Below, piece after piece: positions 1 to 13,551 of a DNA stretch of 64,000 nt. A model generated the notes under the pieces. That model saw only the letters and a list, made by a program, of their open reading frames with translations. It did not search any database and was not told the DNA's origin. Numbering within the stretch: position 1 is the stretch's first letter; each line of letters opens with the position of its first letter. Source of the stretch: Anolis carolinensis (Eukaryota); contig NC_085845.1 of NCBI RefSeq assembly GCF_035594765.1, forward strand, positions 167,416,897 to 167,480,896, written 5' to 3'. The translations under genes and the position numbers were made by a program.

Positions 1-641
1 GATTCTAATTAAAACAATTTAAAAGAGTTTCAAAAATGTAGTTAAATGTAGATTCTTCACCTTAGTCTTAGCCTGGGATCACAGTAAGTGTTAGCTGAGT
101 TTTCCTGGGAAATTGGATGTCACAACAGAACTGGCCTCTTGCTATACATTTTTTAACCTCAGATGATAGGGAACACTTGAATACCTGAACCACCAGAAAC
201 GACTCATGAGCTGACTGGTGTGAGAACTGCTTGCATATCAAGCCATGTAGGACTTTGAAAACCACCAGGAAATTGTGTTCAAAAATGGTGTGGGGAACCA
301 AACTCTTTGAACATTGGCCCAATGTTTTCTCAATAACTGGTCCCAGTTAGTACCTTCACAGCATATTTTAATAATTTGAGTTTGTAGCCTCTTTTCTGAG
401 GGCTGTCTAACAACTGGAGGGAGTTACCTGCAAATTCTTGTAGGAAGGAGTCTGGCACTAGCAACTTGGTTTCTGTATTTCTTTTTTCCAGTCAGAATCT
501 TGAATTCTTCACATGTTTGTCCTTTTCATGTTAACTTGGTGTGATGGGAAGAAGAGAATGACAAAATATTCAGGTTCCACTTCTAAAACTCTCTTCCTCT
601 TCTCTATGGCTGTCCCAATCCTGCTAATGATACTGGACCAG

Positions 642-838
642 AGTTTAACCCAGTACAGCAACCACAGTTGAATGAGAAGGTGTTGAAAGACAAACGCAAA
701 AAGCTGCGTGAAACATTTGAGCGTATCCTGCGGCTCTATGAGAAGGAGAATCCAGACATCTATAAGGAGCTACGCAAGCTAGAAGTGGAGTATGAGCAAA
801 AGAGGTCTCAGCTTAGCCAGTACTTTGATGCTGTGAAG
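642..838 (+). CDS. WBP11: WBP11 internal coding exon (gene begins upstream of window)
   Basis: ag|AGTTTAACC...GTGAAG|gt; encodes EFNPVQQPQLNEKVLKDKRKKLRETFERILRLYEKENPDIYKELRKLEVEYEQKRSQLSQYFDAVK, the WBP11 N-terminal domain. Confidence 0.95.
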
Positions 839-1813
839 GTATGTGCCCCTACCAGTTTTGAACAACATTGGTGTAATGTTGATTTTTTTTACTTCCTGTT
901 TCTATATCATGCTCTCAAGAGACAAAAATAGACTTCATTAAAAATATCTGGTTTACTCACAACCTTCATGTATTCAGCATACAGATACAATACAATCCAG
1001 TCACAGATGGATTTGAAGTGGTTTCTCTGTGCAGATAATACAGGGCATCATTCTTATAATTAACAGCAACATGAGTTTGCGGTCCAAAGTCTAATAGCAT
1101 CTCTGTGTTCTAAAATGGAGTCTGAACTCTGAACAGTCCCAGATCTGATCATGTGGTCTGCATCCCCTCCCACAACCTCAAGAAACATAGAGTAAAAGGA
1201 AAGCTGCATACCAAAAACATACATATACAATACAGTAAGCAAACAGAATCGTATACAAAACAAATTACTAGTGGAGGCTTGAAGAAGGTTGCTATTTCCA
1301 ATAGGGAGGGTCCTTGAGGCTGGATAGCAAACATTTGTTTACTACATATGATAATTGTTATGATTTTGCTGAAGCACTGAAGGTGGTTGTATTTTATCAT
1401 TGTGGCTATTGGTATAAAACTGATACTGAAAAGAATTTGGAAGCTACAAATAGTTAAGATACTAAGCATTTTATGCTGCTGTATAATGAAGTTCTGTAAC
1501 GATAAGTCAAGTAGGAAAAGGTTCTGTCAGGAGAGGATTCTGGTTGTGGTCTCTTCCATTGGATCTAGTAGAGGCTAACTTGCTGGTCTTACCTTCTCTT
1601 TCTGATGTATCCAGCTATAGTAGCACTAAAATGTCTACTATCTGATCAAACCAGTCGGGATTACTGTTCCTGCCTTTTAGTCTTGTTGAAACCATCCTGT
1701 GACTGTCTTAAAACAGGTTTCTGTCAAAGTAGACATTCTGCGTTAGCTTTTGAGTTGCTACATTTTCTTTTAGGCTTGCATACATCTTGTAAGAAAGTTC
1801 TGTTTTAGTACTT

Positions 1814-1816
<3 letters not shown>

Positions 1817-1894
<78 letters not shown>

Positions 1895-1897
1895 ACA
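1817..1897. repeat. compound (CA)n(TA)n(CA)n microsatellite
   Basis: directly visible. Confidence 0.95.
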
Positions 1898-2222
1898 ATT
1901 AATTGTATCTTCTTGTTCACTGCTTGCAACTGTTATGACTGGTATAGACTAATGTGTGATCCATACTACTTTGATATTGAAATGGAAGTCTTTATATGGA
2001 AACAAAACTGCTAAGGATTTTGTTTAGACTAGACATCATCTCTTTTCCTCTTTATGAAAGAAGACTTTGAAAATGCTTGCTATTTCCCCCTTTTGATTAT
2101 TGCTGCTACTAATTTCTGTCCTAATTTCAGTACTCATATGTCCAAAGTAATAGTGTCAGTAAGAAGAATGCTAATTGCCACATCCTGAAGATTAACTAAA
2201 GAGTACTCTTAATCTTTTACAG

Positions 2223-2356
2223 AATGCTCAGCATGTTGAAGTGGAGAGTATCCCTCTGCCAGATATGCCCCATGCCCCTTCCAATATCCTCATTCAGGAC
2301 ATCCCTCTGCCAGGAGCCCAGCCTCCATCCATTCTTAAAAAGACATCAGCCTATGG
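2223..2356 (+). CDS. WBP11: WBP11 coding exon
   Basis: ag|AATGCTCAG...GCCTATGG|gtaag; NAQHVEVESIPLPDMPHAPSNILIQDIPLPGAQPPSILKKTSAYG; frame continuous with neighbours. Confidence 0.95.
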
Positions 2357-3738
2357 GTAAGAAGGAAGGGTGCGGTGAAGGGCAGATGTTCTGAAGGGGT
2401 TAGAATTCTGCATTGCAGTACATTTAGTGGTATTTTAATCATATAACATTTGTACTTGCCCACTGAATATTTGTGGAATAGTGATTCTCGAAATGTAGAT
2501 CAGCATTTTTCTAACCCAGTGGCCTCTGCATATCTTGGGCTGTCTCCTTCAGCATTTTTATGACCAGCATGCTTAGTAGTCCTGCTGGTTGGAAATGATG
2601 CACATTTTAATCTAAGACATTTTGTCAGGTTGGGGAAAACTATTTTTGTTTAAGTCACATGAAAAGAGTACTTGCTTGTACAGGGAGATCTTAGTGGGAA
2701 ATCTGGGACAGAGGCAGAGACATTAGAGGAATATAAATTGAGTTATACTTGTGCTCAACTTCTTGTCCTTGCTGTGAGCAGTTCTCTTGTCAGTGGAAAA
2801 GAAGGCTGTCTCCAGCCTATTTGGACCTATTGTCAGCAGACATTAAACAAGCAGACTGAAATAGTGACAGAGGCTCGGCTAGTGTTGTTTTAGCATCCAG
2901 CTCTCTGTGGCCGACTGGCAATAAAATATAATACCAGTACAGCGCACTCCTCTCTGCACAGTAAGAAAGAGGTCTTCTTCTTTCCTGTTACTTCTCTTGA
3001 CAACACTGTGCTGTGGGAATAAGCGATGGTATTGAATGAATTGGTTGTAGTATGATTTCTGCAACAGTAGTTGGTATTTCCTGAGGTTTTTGTGCATGAA
3101 GAAAGCTATCCGTGCATCTGAATTACAACTACTCCCCTTGCTGGCATGGCAGTGTATGAGCAGTTTTTTACTGAGGCTTTTTATTCGTTAGCTTCATGTG
3201 TGTGTGTGTGAGATGCATTTTAATTGGGTGAATTTTAAAGGCAGGATGTCAAGATCTGGTTATCTACATATATTGGTGGTCTGTTTTCAAAACAGTCACA
3301 GTTTTCTTGTTGAGATTGCATTTGTGTCCAGTACAAACTCATATCACTCACCTCTTCTCCTTTTATATAACTGTAAAGAAATCAGAGACCTGTCTTCCAT
3401 TTTCAACTCAATTCAAACAAACTGCTTCATGTAACCTTTAGTTTTAAACCATAATGAAGGCATGCCTAATGACCCTGGCTTGGGTCAGTGGAGCATAGTT
3501 ATCAGAGCTAGATAAAAATAATAGCAATCTGTAGTGATTATTAGGAATGAAAGTGAATGTTTCTTTTCTTCTCAGTAATTTGTTGTAAGAAGGGCAAATG
3601 CATAAACTCTGGGCATACTGGCTTGTTCATGTTTAGCTCTAATGTAACATATATTTAGTGGAAAGTAGGCAGAAGTGCAGGCTTGAAGTTTGAAAAAATT
3701 TTAACTAGATATTTTCCCTCCCAAACCTTTACTCCTAG

Positions 3739-3938
3739 ACCTCCTATCCGACCTGTTTCAGTCCTCCCACCTCCTGGGCATGGTGTTCCTCGTTTACCTC
3801 CCGGTAGAAAGCCTCCTGGGCCTCCACCAGGGCCACCCCCGCCTCAGGTCTTGCAAATATATGGCCGCAAATCAGGGTTCACCCTAGAGATTGTCCCTCG
3901 GAGGAGAGATGAGGAAGTGTCCTATAGCCCAGAGACAG
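3739..3938 (+). CDS. WBP11: WBP11 coding exon (Pro-rich)
   Basis: tag|ACCTCC...GAGACAG|gtaag; PPIRPVSVLPPPGHGVPRLPPGRKPPGPPPGPPPPQVLQIYGRK. Confidence 0.93.
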
Positions 3939-4037
3939 GTAAGTAGCTTCCCTTGCCTAAATGTTATACAGGGAAGAGTGAAATGGAACATACTGCATTA
4001 ATGATTTTTTGCATGCCTTTGTATCTGAACTTCTTAG

Positions 4038-4232
4038 GGCCACGAGGGCATGACGAAGAGGCTTCAAGTACCAGCGAAGATGAGGGCTACCCAGAAGACA
4101 TGGATCAGGACAAGCGTGATGACACTACTGATGATAGCGATAGCGACAGAAGTGATGCAGACAGCGATGGGGAGGAGTTCATGCATCATGATGACAGTGC
4201 TGAACGAGAGGGAGGTGATGACAAGAAAGCAG
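4038..4232 (+). CDS. WBP11: WBP11 coding exon (acidic; GC donor)
   Basis: tag|GGCCACGA...AAAGCAG|gcaagt; HDEEASSTSEDEGYPEDMDQDK; phase matches the next exon with the GC donor. Confidence 0.88.
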
Positions 4233-4679
4233 GCAAGTTGCTTGGAGAGTGGACCTGTAGTGGACAATGGCTTTGAAATTACAGCTAAGAACCCTGTATT
4301 GGAGTTTATTTAAGTAGACAAACAGTTCTCTCCTTAAGGGAACTTCTCTGTCTACATCTGAATTACTATTAGTTTCATTGGTTGCCTTTAGCTTTATAGT
4401 GTAAGTGTATTTGTCCTTGACCCCTCCAGTGGCATATGGTGTAGTATGTATTCCAAAAAGTTGCATCAAAAGAAGAGGCAGAGCTGTGAAATCCAACTTG
4501 TTGGCTTCTCTCAGATCAATGACATCTTGGCTCCTCTTCCCCCTAGTGGCCATTATGTTTGGTCATTAGAACAATTATATAATTTTCTTTCCTCCATCAC
4601 CTTTTTTGTGTTGTGGTGATGTCTTAGGAATCTTTAAATATTAATAATGCTGATTGGTTAGGCTGACATAATTATATGT

Positions 4680-4865
4680 CAACCCCCACATAATATTAAT
4701 AATATTACAATATATAGATATAATACAATATGGTAATTTATTGCCAGTATTGTGCTATGCTAATAATATAATATTGTATGTAAATTTAATTTGTAAGCCG
4801 CTCTGAGTCCCCTTCGGGGTGAGAAGGGCGGGATATAAATGTATTAAATAAATAAATAATAAATA
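4680..4865 (+). mobile_element. short L2-type/SINE 3' end with (AAAT)n tail
   Basis: GCCGCTCTGAGTCCCCTTCGGGGTGAGAAGGGCGGGATATAAAT + (AAAT)n; same 3' end recurs near 11680, 44020 and 54705. Confidence 0.6.
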
Positions 4866-5831
4866 TGGCTGTTTAGAAGTTTATGTGTTAACAGCAAAAT
4901 GTGACGTGTTTGCTTAACAGTAGCCTCGTACTTTAGTTATTTTATTAACATTTTTCCAGTCCTGGTCTGAAGTTCTTAAAAAGTGAATCATTCTATTTGG
5001 TGCAGGGGTGGGAGCATCCCAAGTTCAGAGGCCATGAATGTACCTCCACCGGACTTTACAGAAGCCTTTGGCTCCATTTTTAAAACAAAATGACAAAAAT
5101 GTTTTTAAAACTGAAAAAAAGGCCTCTAGAGAACATGGAGGCCTTTCCCAGTTCTTAAAATTCATTGATGTATTTTAGGCCAAACAAGGTTCTTCTTCTG
5201 GAAATAAAATTTACAACAATCACTCTCAGTTTGGAGGGGGAACCTCATCCTAAAAGCATGAGTGAAGTCCTGCAGGAGTGAAATTCTCCCAAATTGAGAG
5301 GTCTGCAGTAGTGTGGTGCATTGGGCTTCATACTGCTCATGGCACTTGTATTCTACTGGTTATTTTCATTACTATGAGATATACCTTATTCAGTAGGACC
5401 CAACCCCACTTTCATGGATCATAGGGATGCAGAACCTCAGTGAATGTGGTAAAACCATTCATTAAAAGGTGGATTTTTTTTAAAGAAACGGAACATCTCT
5501 CTAGCGTTCTCTAGGTCCTCCAGTGCAGCTACTGTGGTCAACTCTGGTGGAAGTTGACATTAGAGTCACGCTGGAGGATCTAAAGATTCTTAATCAAATT
5601 TGTGAATAATCAAATTAGGAAAAGTTAAACCTGCAAATGCAGAGGATTGACTGTACTAGTAAAAAAGTATTTTTCACTCTTCTTTGAGACCCATATTTTG
5701 CTTTGGCAGTTGATATGCCAAAATCTAACTGCCTGTCTGTTGGAATGTTAGTTTACGTTAGAACATTCCAAGATCTGATCCAAATGGTGATTTTTGAAAA
5801 GACTCTAATCCTTTATCATATATATCTGCAG

Positions 5832-5933
5832 GTCACAGTGTACGATTTGCCGACATTCCTGGAAAATCACGAAAGAAAAAAAAGAACATGAAGGAACTCA
5901 CCCCTCTTCAAGCCATGATGTTACGAATGGCTG
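5832..5933 (+). CDS. WBP11: WBP11 coding exon with PP1-docking-type SVRF motif
   Basis: cag|GTCACAGT...ATGGCTG|gtaaag; GHSVRFADIPGKSRKKKKNMKELTPLQAMMLRMAG. Confidence 0.95.
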
Positions 5934-7363
5934 GTAAAGAGACTTTGATTTTTCTTCTCCTTGTAATCCTTTTGTATTTTTTGGTACATGTAATGAAGGT
6001 CTGCTTGCCTGGAGAAAAAGCTCCTGATGTTAAGCAAGCCTTTGCTTATTGACTATCCAGTATGTGCTTCTAAATAGAAAAAGAACATTAGGCTATTTGT
6101 TTGTGTTCCGTGACTTTTGAGTTCCATTTTGATGCAGTAGTATCTATTTCTCAGATTACATCTTTATGTTTCTTAAGTATTAGTTTGGTTTTAGAGGATG
6201 ACCTTTTCTTGTATTTTGTGGAAATAAGCTTTTTAGGCTTAGGAAATCCCTCTAATAATAGTTTCCTTGACTGTTTTTCATGACAGTTTTACTGGTCTCA
6301 CAGAGACCTGGTTTAGGGGGATGCCCCTCTCCCCAACAGTGTGTCAGGGATGTTTGTGCCCATTGGCTAAAATTGATTCTTTTCTTTTTGGAGACTTATC
6401 AAGGGCTGAGAGTTTATGACTTCTGGATCAGCATCAGTTTGTAGATGACAGCATTGAGCAGTGTTGCGCTATACCATGCTGCTTCTTGCATGTAAGATGT
6501 ATAGGTGATTGGAGGGTTTTTTAATGTCACAATTCAAGCATACAGTGGTTTTAAAAAATAATGTGATCAATTATTTGTCCAAATTGATTTTAATAGGACA
6601 ACACTCTTATGGAAGGTTCAGCCATCCATAGGCCACATTTGTACAATTAATATGTCTGTGGGTTGGTAAATGATAGTGAGATGGACAGACCTGTATATAT
6701 TAGAATGACGCCTCCATTTGTGCCCGTGGAGCAATCCTTGAAATGCATGTAGGAAGCTTGGAGTGGGTGAGATATTTGTCTTCATGGTGACAAGAAGGTA
6801 CTTTTCTTTCTTACGGATTTCATATGTGATTTTGATACTTCTCAATTTTCCCCTAGTAGCTTTTGATAAACAGGTTATGTTAGGTTTTGGATATAGTATT
6901 ACAATTTTGCTTGCTTTTCAAGTTGGCTTGTCTAATATATGATTATTGCTTGCATTTCTGTTTTTATTTAAGTGGAGAAAATGCATAAAACATTAGTGGG
7001 GAACTTCCTTCCCCTTAGTGATGTTGGATTCTTATTCCCATCAGCCCCAGGTAGTAGGGCCAGAGTGGGCAGGATCGATTGGAGTCATAGTACATTAACA
7101 AAGCATCACCAAGTTTCCACTCCTGCTTTAAAAGAGCATGTGCTTTGGATGTTTTAAATGTGGATACACTTGGAGGAGCATTTAACTATGTATCTAATTC
7201 TCTGTAGCATAGTAAAGAAATCTTATTGTAACTTTTGAGCAGACATTCCTTTTCCCCCTGAAGCTTCAGTTTGTTCAAGTCTATGGTTAGACTACTGTCT
7301 AATGTGCATCCCTTTAAGCCTCTTGGTATAATAAAGACCAGAGCCTGCATTCATTCCCTACAG

Positions 7364-7678
7364 GCCAGGAAATTCCTGAGGGAGGTAAAGAGATAGAAGA
7401 ATACTCTGAAGAAGAGGATGATGACGATGATGATGACTCTGATGCTGAAGATACGTCACAGCAGCAGAGCACAGAAGAGTCCCATGCAGAGAATGCATCA
7501 TCAGTGCCCCCTCAGACCACCCAGCCACAGCAGCAGCAGCAGCCTCCACCACAGCCTGTTCCCCCGACTCAGATGCAGGCTCCTCCCATGCCTGGGCCTC
7601 CTCCTCTTGGACCACCTCCCGCACCACCACTGAGGCCTCCAGGGCCACCAACTGGCCTTCCCCCTGGACCACCTCCAG
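7364..7678 (+). CDS. WBP11: WBP11 coding exon (acidic, Gln/Pro-rich)
   Basis: cag|GCCAGGAA...CCTCCAG|gtgagt; QEIPEGGKEIEEYSEEEDDDDDD...PPGPPTGLPPGPPP. Confidence 0.93.
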
Positions 7679-8144
7679 GTGAGTCCTTAAAGGACCTCCA
7701 GCTTGGTCTGGCTTTGGCACCTGAGGTCGAAAATAATGAAAATGGGAAGTTTGATAATAAAACTCGTGCAGTTGAAATGTTCACATTGATACTACAAAAG
7801 TATCCCAAGTAGTGCTATGTTTTTCATAAGGCTGAAATTCAATTTTGTTATTAAGCCACCTACTAAGAAAGACATCAAAATGAGGGAAGCTTCTTGGTCG
7901 ATGCCTGTGTTTTCTGTCTTAGCATATGTTCAATGGGAGGAGAGTTTATTTAGGGGTGGGGGTAGGGGAGTGAAGTGATTTGATGTGTAGACACTGTTTT
8001 CATGGAGCATGTACCTCAAAGTGAAATGTATTCAAAACATTTTTTCATCAGCTCTTTGATTTTTAACTAAGCAGTTAGGTGGCAGGAAGTTCCAAAGAAT
8101 AGTCATTTTCAGAAATAAATTATGGTGTCTGTTAATGTTTGTAG

Positions 8145-8327
8145 GGGCTCCTCCATTCCTGAGGCCACCTGGATTGCCTGGGCTGCGTGGCCCATTACCA
8201 CGCCTCTTGCCGCCTGGCCCTCCCCCTGGGCGCCCCCCTGGCCCTCCTCCTGGTCCACCCCCAGGCCTGCCACCTGGCCCTCCTCCAAGGGGCCCCCCAC
8301 CTCGTCTCCCACCGCCAGCTCCTCCAG
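8145..8327 (+). CDS. WBP11: WBP11 coding exon (polyproline)
   Basis: tag|GGGCTCC...CCTCCAG|gtaagg; APPFLRPPGLPGLRGPLPRLLPPGPPPGRPPGPPPGPPPGLPPGPPPRGPPPRLPPPAPP. Confidence 0.95.
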
Positions 8328-9040
8328 GTAAGGTTATAATTGAACAGTTGATGCCTTTGCTCACTTCAGTGATGATTAAGGTAGAGAACAAAATGCAGAG
8401 CAAGTGACTTTAGTCTAGTCAATATTTCATGCAAAAGTCAGGCATAATATTTTATACTTTCTCATAGGCTGCATTGAATTGCAGAAGCACAAAATAGTAT
8501 TTTTATTGTCTCTTAGGACTACAATGCTGAACTCAAAATTGAAACTTTTATTAGTCACATAGCTGAAATATTTTTAAAAATTAATTATTAAGTCCACCTG
8601 CTAAAATTTCATTCAAATGTTGTCTGTTAGCGTGTGCATGTTCACATGCTTTTACTCAAAATGAGCTAGTGGGATTCCTTGAGAATCTCAGATTATACCT
8701 AGTTTTGCTTTAATCTTCATTGTTTTCCTCTTTTTGTGTTGGTGATTGTTACTATTTTATTAATGGATGCTCTGATGTTTTTTCAAATAATGGGACTCAA
8801 GTGATCTTGCAAATTATTAAAACCCATACAGATTAAAAGCATAATCAGTAAATAAATGATGTTTTAAAACAGTTGAACAGTCTCTAGAGTTAAAATAATT
8901 TAAAATACATTAGAAGACTATAAAATATTTGAAAAACCCAACAAAACAGCACTTCTTTAAAACCCATCACAGTCAGTTGCTAAAAGCAAAGATGGTTCTT
9001 CATCCAAGATGGGCAGGATAACTCCTTTCTCTTTATGCAG

Positions 9041-9459
9041 GTATCCCTCCTCCGCGTCCAGGCATGTTGCGCCCTCCCCTGGGTCCTCCACCTGGATTAT
9101 TCCCTCCAGCTCCTCTTCCAAACCCTGGGGTGCTGAGTGCTCCCCCCAGTTTGATTCAGCGCCCCAAGGTGGATGATACCAGTGCAGCCACCATTGAGAA
9201 GAAAGCCACCGCAACGATCAGTGCCAAGCCCCAGATCACCAACCCCAAGGCCGAGATCACCCGCTTTGTTCCCACGGCCCTGAGGGTCCGTCGAGAAAAC
9301 AAGGGGACGCCTGCCTCTGCCCAAAGGAAGCCCGACGACGAACCATCTGTGCAGATAACTAAGCCCATGCCCAAGATGGGCTCGTCTGCCCCTGTTTCTG
9401 TGCAAACCAAGGATGATGTGTATGAAGCTTTCATGAAGGAAATGGAGGGGCTGCTGTGA
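9041..9459 (+). CDS. WBP11: WBP11 last coding exon
   Basis: cag|GTATCCCT... to TGA; ends TKDDVYEAFMKEMEGLL, the WBP11 C-terminus; candidate AATAAA at 10019-10024 and 10242-10247. Confidence 0.96.
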
Positions 9460-10771
9460 CAACCTGTTCCTAGTTAATCTTTGCATATTCTATGATGAGA
9501 TCATACTACTATGTTAGGGGTTCCATGTTATAGTGGCATCCAGTTGAAGAGCTCATTGTTTTGTGACAAGGAATAGTTCTCTATCTCAGTTAACGTGTGA
9601 TCAGAGTTGGAGGAAGGGGAGACTATAGAGAAAGAAAGAGAGACTGTCATCTACTCTTTGTGAAAGTTTATTAAGACTCACTTGTGTCTCTCTGCTCCCT
9701 GGAAAAGCTGTTGTTTCCTTGAATACTATTTTTAGTTAATGCAAAGAATACACCCGAAGAACCAAAACGTACTGGTAAACTATTTCCTGCATATAGGCCT
9801 GATCATCAGGTTGTTGTATTCTGTTTTGGTGGCTTTCTGTAAATATTTTGTAATGCTGATTTTTAGTTGAGTGAGATAATTGGTTTACACACTGTCCTAG
9901 AGCTGGGTAGGCTACTGTTTGCATATGTGGCATGCAGACATTTTGCACCCGAAATATATATCCTGCAGTCACTTCGGTGGTTTTTTGCTGACAGGAGAAA
10001 TATTGTCTTATGAATGAGAATAAAAATTTGATGTACTACAACCCTCTGTATGACTGAGTATCTATACCAGTATTTTGAGGAGAGATAACTAGAGGAACTG
10101 ACAACCAATTTATTTTATTTTGGTAAAATATCTCTAATGTGAAAATAATCTATAAAGGACATCATTATTTTGATTCCATCAGGGAAATAAGTATAGGTTT
10201 GTATCTGATCGTGTCTTTTTAAATTCAGATTCTGCATGTGAAATAAATAGATTCTGTTCATATCTTCAGAGACTTGCAATATGTGAGGGAAAGAGAATAC
10301 TGGATTTGTGGAAATATCATTTTATACAGCTTAGGTTGGTATCGGCTCTAATTTACATGGGCTGCCTGTCAGATGGAGTGGAAAGAACAACTCATGCAGG
10401 GACACTTTGTTTACTTAGAAAAACATGATTTAAATCACATTTTATTGTTGCTGCGGAGAACTGTAACTCAAATAGAAGTCAAAGAGAGAATCGGTTGAAA
10501 CTGTACAGATTCACCTGCTTGTAGTTTCTCAAGTTGCTCCTGACACAAAAAAATTGCTTTGAATTCTTTTCACCACCACCTTTCCATATGTGATAACAGC
10601 CTACAAAACATTTAAGCTTTCCCTGTGATGACCAATGTATTTTTAAAAACTTATGTTGCAAGAAATGCCAATTCTGTTTATGCACATCGTATCACAAACA
10701 TTGAATGAATGTTCATACCATCAAAGAAGTTTAGCATCTGCTTCTGACAGCATTCTTGGGTGGATATAGCA

Positions 10772-10896
10772 CAAGCATGGGCAAACTTCATCCCTCCAGA
10801 TGTTTTGGACTTCAACTCTCACAATTCCTAACAGCCACAGAAATTGTGAATGTTGTAGTCCAAAACACCTGGAGGGCTGAAGTTTGCCCATGCCTG
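10772..10896. mobile_element. hAT-type MITE
   Basis: TIRs CA(A/G)GCATGGGCAAACTT / AAGTTTGCCCATGCCTG; same family as 14469-14602. Confidence 0.75.
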
Positions 10897-11458
10897 ATAA
10901 TAGCATCATATCACCTGCTAAGGTGAGTGGAAAAGAAACAGATGACCATAGGAAGAGGTCTATAGAAGGATGTTTGTAGCAAATTGTCTTCATAGGATTA
11001 AAATGTTACATTCACAATTCTTTGTCTATGCTCACATGCGGAAAATGTCTCCTGGAAGCTAAAAGACTTTCAGTTAACTGGAACTCTTCAAGTATTCCAT
11101 CAAAAATGCTTTAAATAAAAATTGAAATAAATATTTATAGTAAAATGGTTACATTAAAGTTTGCTTTTGTTTGTTTTAATTTGCTTTTAATTGCTGTATT
11201 TCAATATTAATATCAATTCAGTACAGAGTTTATGGTACAGTATGAGGTATAGCTAATAGGCCTATTTTAAATCTCAAGCAACTAGAAACTACATTTACCT
11301 GGCATCTACCAATACCTATGGGTTGCCAGTTAACTGAGATGGTGCAGTAATGAAGAAAGTGTCTTTCAGCAAGTGCGGCGCCCCTTCAATAAACTGGTGA
11401 GAAAACATTTATATACTGCCTTTCTCACCCCTAGGGGGGCTCAAAGTGGTTCACAACA

Positions 11459-12165
11459 TAGAATCATAGAGTTGGAAGAGACCTCATGGGCCATCCAGTC
11501 CAACCCCTGCCAAGAACCAGGAAATCTCATTCAAAGCGCCTCTGATAGATGGTCATCCCACCCTCTGTTTAAAAGGCTCCAAAGAAGGAACCTCCACCAC
11601 AACTCGCAGTGAGGAAGTTCTTCCTACTAATAATATTGCAATATAGTCGTATAATATACTGTATGTATATATACTTGTAAACCGCCCTGAGTCCCCTTCG
11701 GGGTGAGAAGGGCGGGATAGAAATGTCACTAATAAATAATAATAATGTTCAGGTGGAATTTCCTTTCCTATTGTTTAAAGCCATTGTTCCGCATCCTAGT
11801 CTTCAAGGCAGCAGAAAACAAGCTTGCTCCCTCCTCCCTATGACTTCCCTTCACATATTTGTACATGGCTATCATGTCTCCTCACAGCCTTCTCTTCTGC
11901 AAGCTAAACATGCCCAGCTCTTTCAGCCGCTCCTCATAGGGCTTGTTTTCCAGACCCTTGATCATTTTAGTCACCCTCCTCTGGACACCTTCCAGCTTGT
12001 CAACATCTTTCAGTTGCGGTGCCCAGAATTGGACACAGTGTGATTCCAGGTGTGGTCTGACCAAGGCGGAATAGAGGGGTAGCATGACTTCCCTGGATCT
12101 AGACACTATACTCCTATTATTGCAGACCAAAATCCCATTGGCTTTTTTAGCTGTCGCATCACGTT
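11459..12165 (-). mobile_element. 5'-truncated CR1 LINE, interrupted by a short insert at ~11625-11745
   Basis: TAGAATCATAGAGTTGGAAG tail; minus-strand [20 protein letters not shown]...[24 protein letters not shown] (CR1 ORF2 C-terminus). Confidence 0.9.
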
Positions 12166-12339
12166 GTTAAATGGCAAAGAAACATTTTTACATCTACATA
12201 AAAAACATTACAAGTCTAAAAGGAATCACATATAACCATAAATTAACTCATTAAAACTATATAAATAATCAAACATACCATAAAACATAAATTAAGGTAT
12301 TTAAACATTGCATCGATCCCATAGTTTCCTGTAGCTGCT

Positions 12340-13135
12340 TATGTATTGCTATCCTTCCTTAGATGCCTGCTCACACAGCCAAGTTTTAAGGTGTTTCCTG
12401 AACGCCAGGAGGGAGGGGGCTGGGGGGAGGGGAGTTTCACAGCCGAGGGGCCACGACCAAGAAGGCACTGCAAAGGCAGCAGGACCAAGAGCAGGACCTC
12501 TCTGGCCGATCTTAATGCTCAAACTGATTCATAACTGTTTGGACAAGTAAGCTGGACCAGAAGTGTTTAGGGCTTTATAGGTTAAAGCTAGCACTTTGAA
12601 TTATGCTCGGTAGCAGAGTGGCAGCCAGTGAAGCTGATGCAACAGGGGGTTGTGTTCTCTCTGTACGCTGCTCCGGTGAGGAATTTGGCTACTGCCCGTT
12701 GGAGTACTTGAAGCTTCCGAACAGTCAACCCCATGTACAGCGTGTTGCAGTAGTCTATTTGAGATGTAACAAGAGCATGGACCACTGTGACCAAGTCTGA
12801 CTTCTTAAGGTACGGATGCAACTGGCACACAAATTTTAATTATGTGAAGGCTCCCCTGGCCACTGCCGAAACCTGGGGTTCTAGACACAGTGATGAATCC
12901 AGGAGAACTCCCAAGCTGCAAACCTGTGATTTCAGGGGGAGTGTAACCCCACCCAGCACAGGTTGTAACCCTACACACTATGTTTGGCCTTTTGACTGAC
13001 CAGGAGTGCCTTTCTTGCCTGGATTCAATTTCAATTTGTTTGCCCCCATCTAGACAGTCACAGCTGCCAAGTACCAGTTCAGGACCTGGACAGCCTCTTT
13101 AGCAGCAGGTGGAAAAGAATGGTAGAGCTAGACGT
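12340..13135 (-). mobile_element. degenerate L2 LINE fragment
   Basis: minus-strand LHPYLKKSDLVTVVHALVTSQIDYCNTLYMGL, typical of L2 ORF2. Confidence 0.8.
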
Positions 13136-13211
13136 CTTTGCTTTTAATTACTGTTATTTCAATATTAATATCAAGTCAGTACAGGGTTTATGGTACAGTA
13201 TGAGGTATAAC

Positions 13212-13551
13212 GGAGCCCTTGGTGGTGCAGCGGATTAAATCGCTGAGCTGCTGAACTTGCTGACCAAAAGGTTGGTAGTTCGAATAGATGGAGCAGGGTG
13301 AGCTCCTGCTGTTAGCCCCAGATCCTGCCAACTTAGCAGTTTGAAAACATGCAAATGTGAGTAGATCAATAGGTACCACTCAGGTAGGAAGGTAATGGCA
13401 CTCCATACAATCATGCTGGCCATAGGACCTTGGAGACGTATACAGACAATGCTGGCTCTTTGGCTTAGAAATGGAGATGAGCACCAACCCTCAGAGTCAG
13501 ACATGACTAGACTTAATGTTAGGGGGAAACCTTTACCTACCTTAACCTACA
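13212..13551 (+). mobile_element. Sauria-type SINE with 13-bp TSD
   Basis: GGAGCCC..GGTGGTGCAGCGG head, ACCTTT-type tail; TSD TATGAGGTATAAC at 13199-13211 and 13552-13564. Confidence 0.88.
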
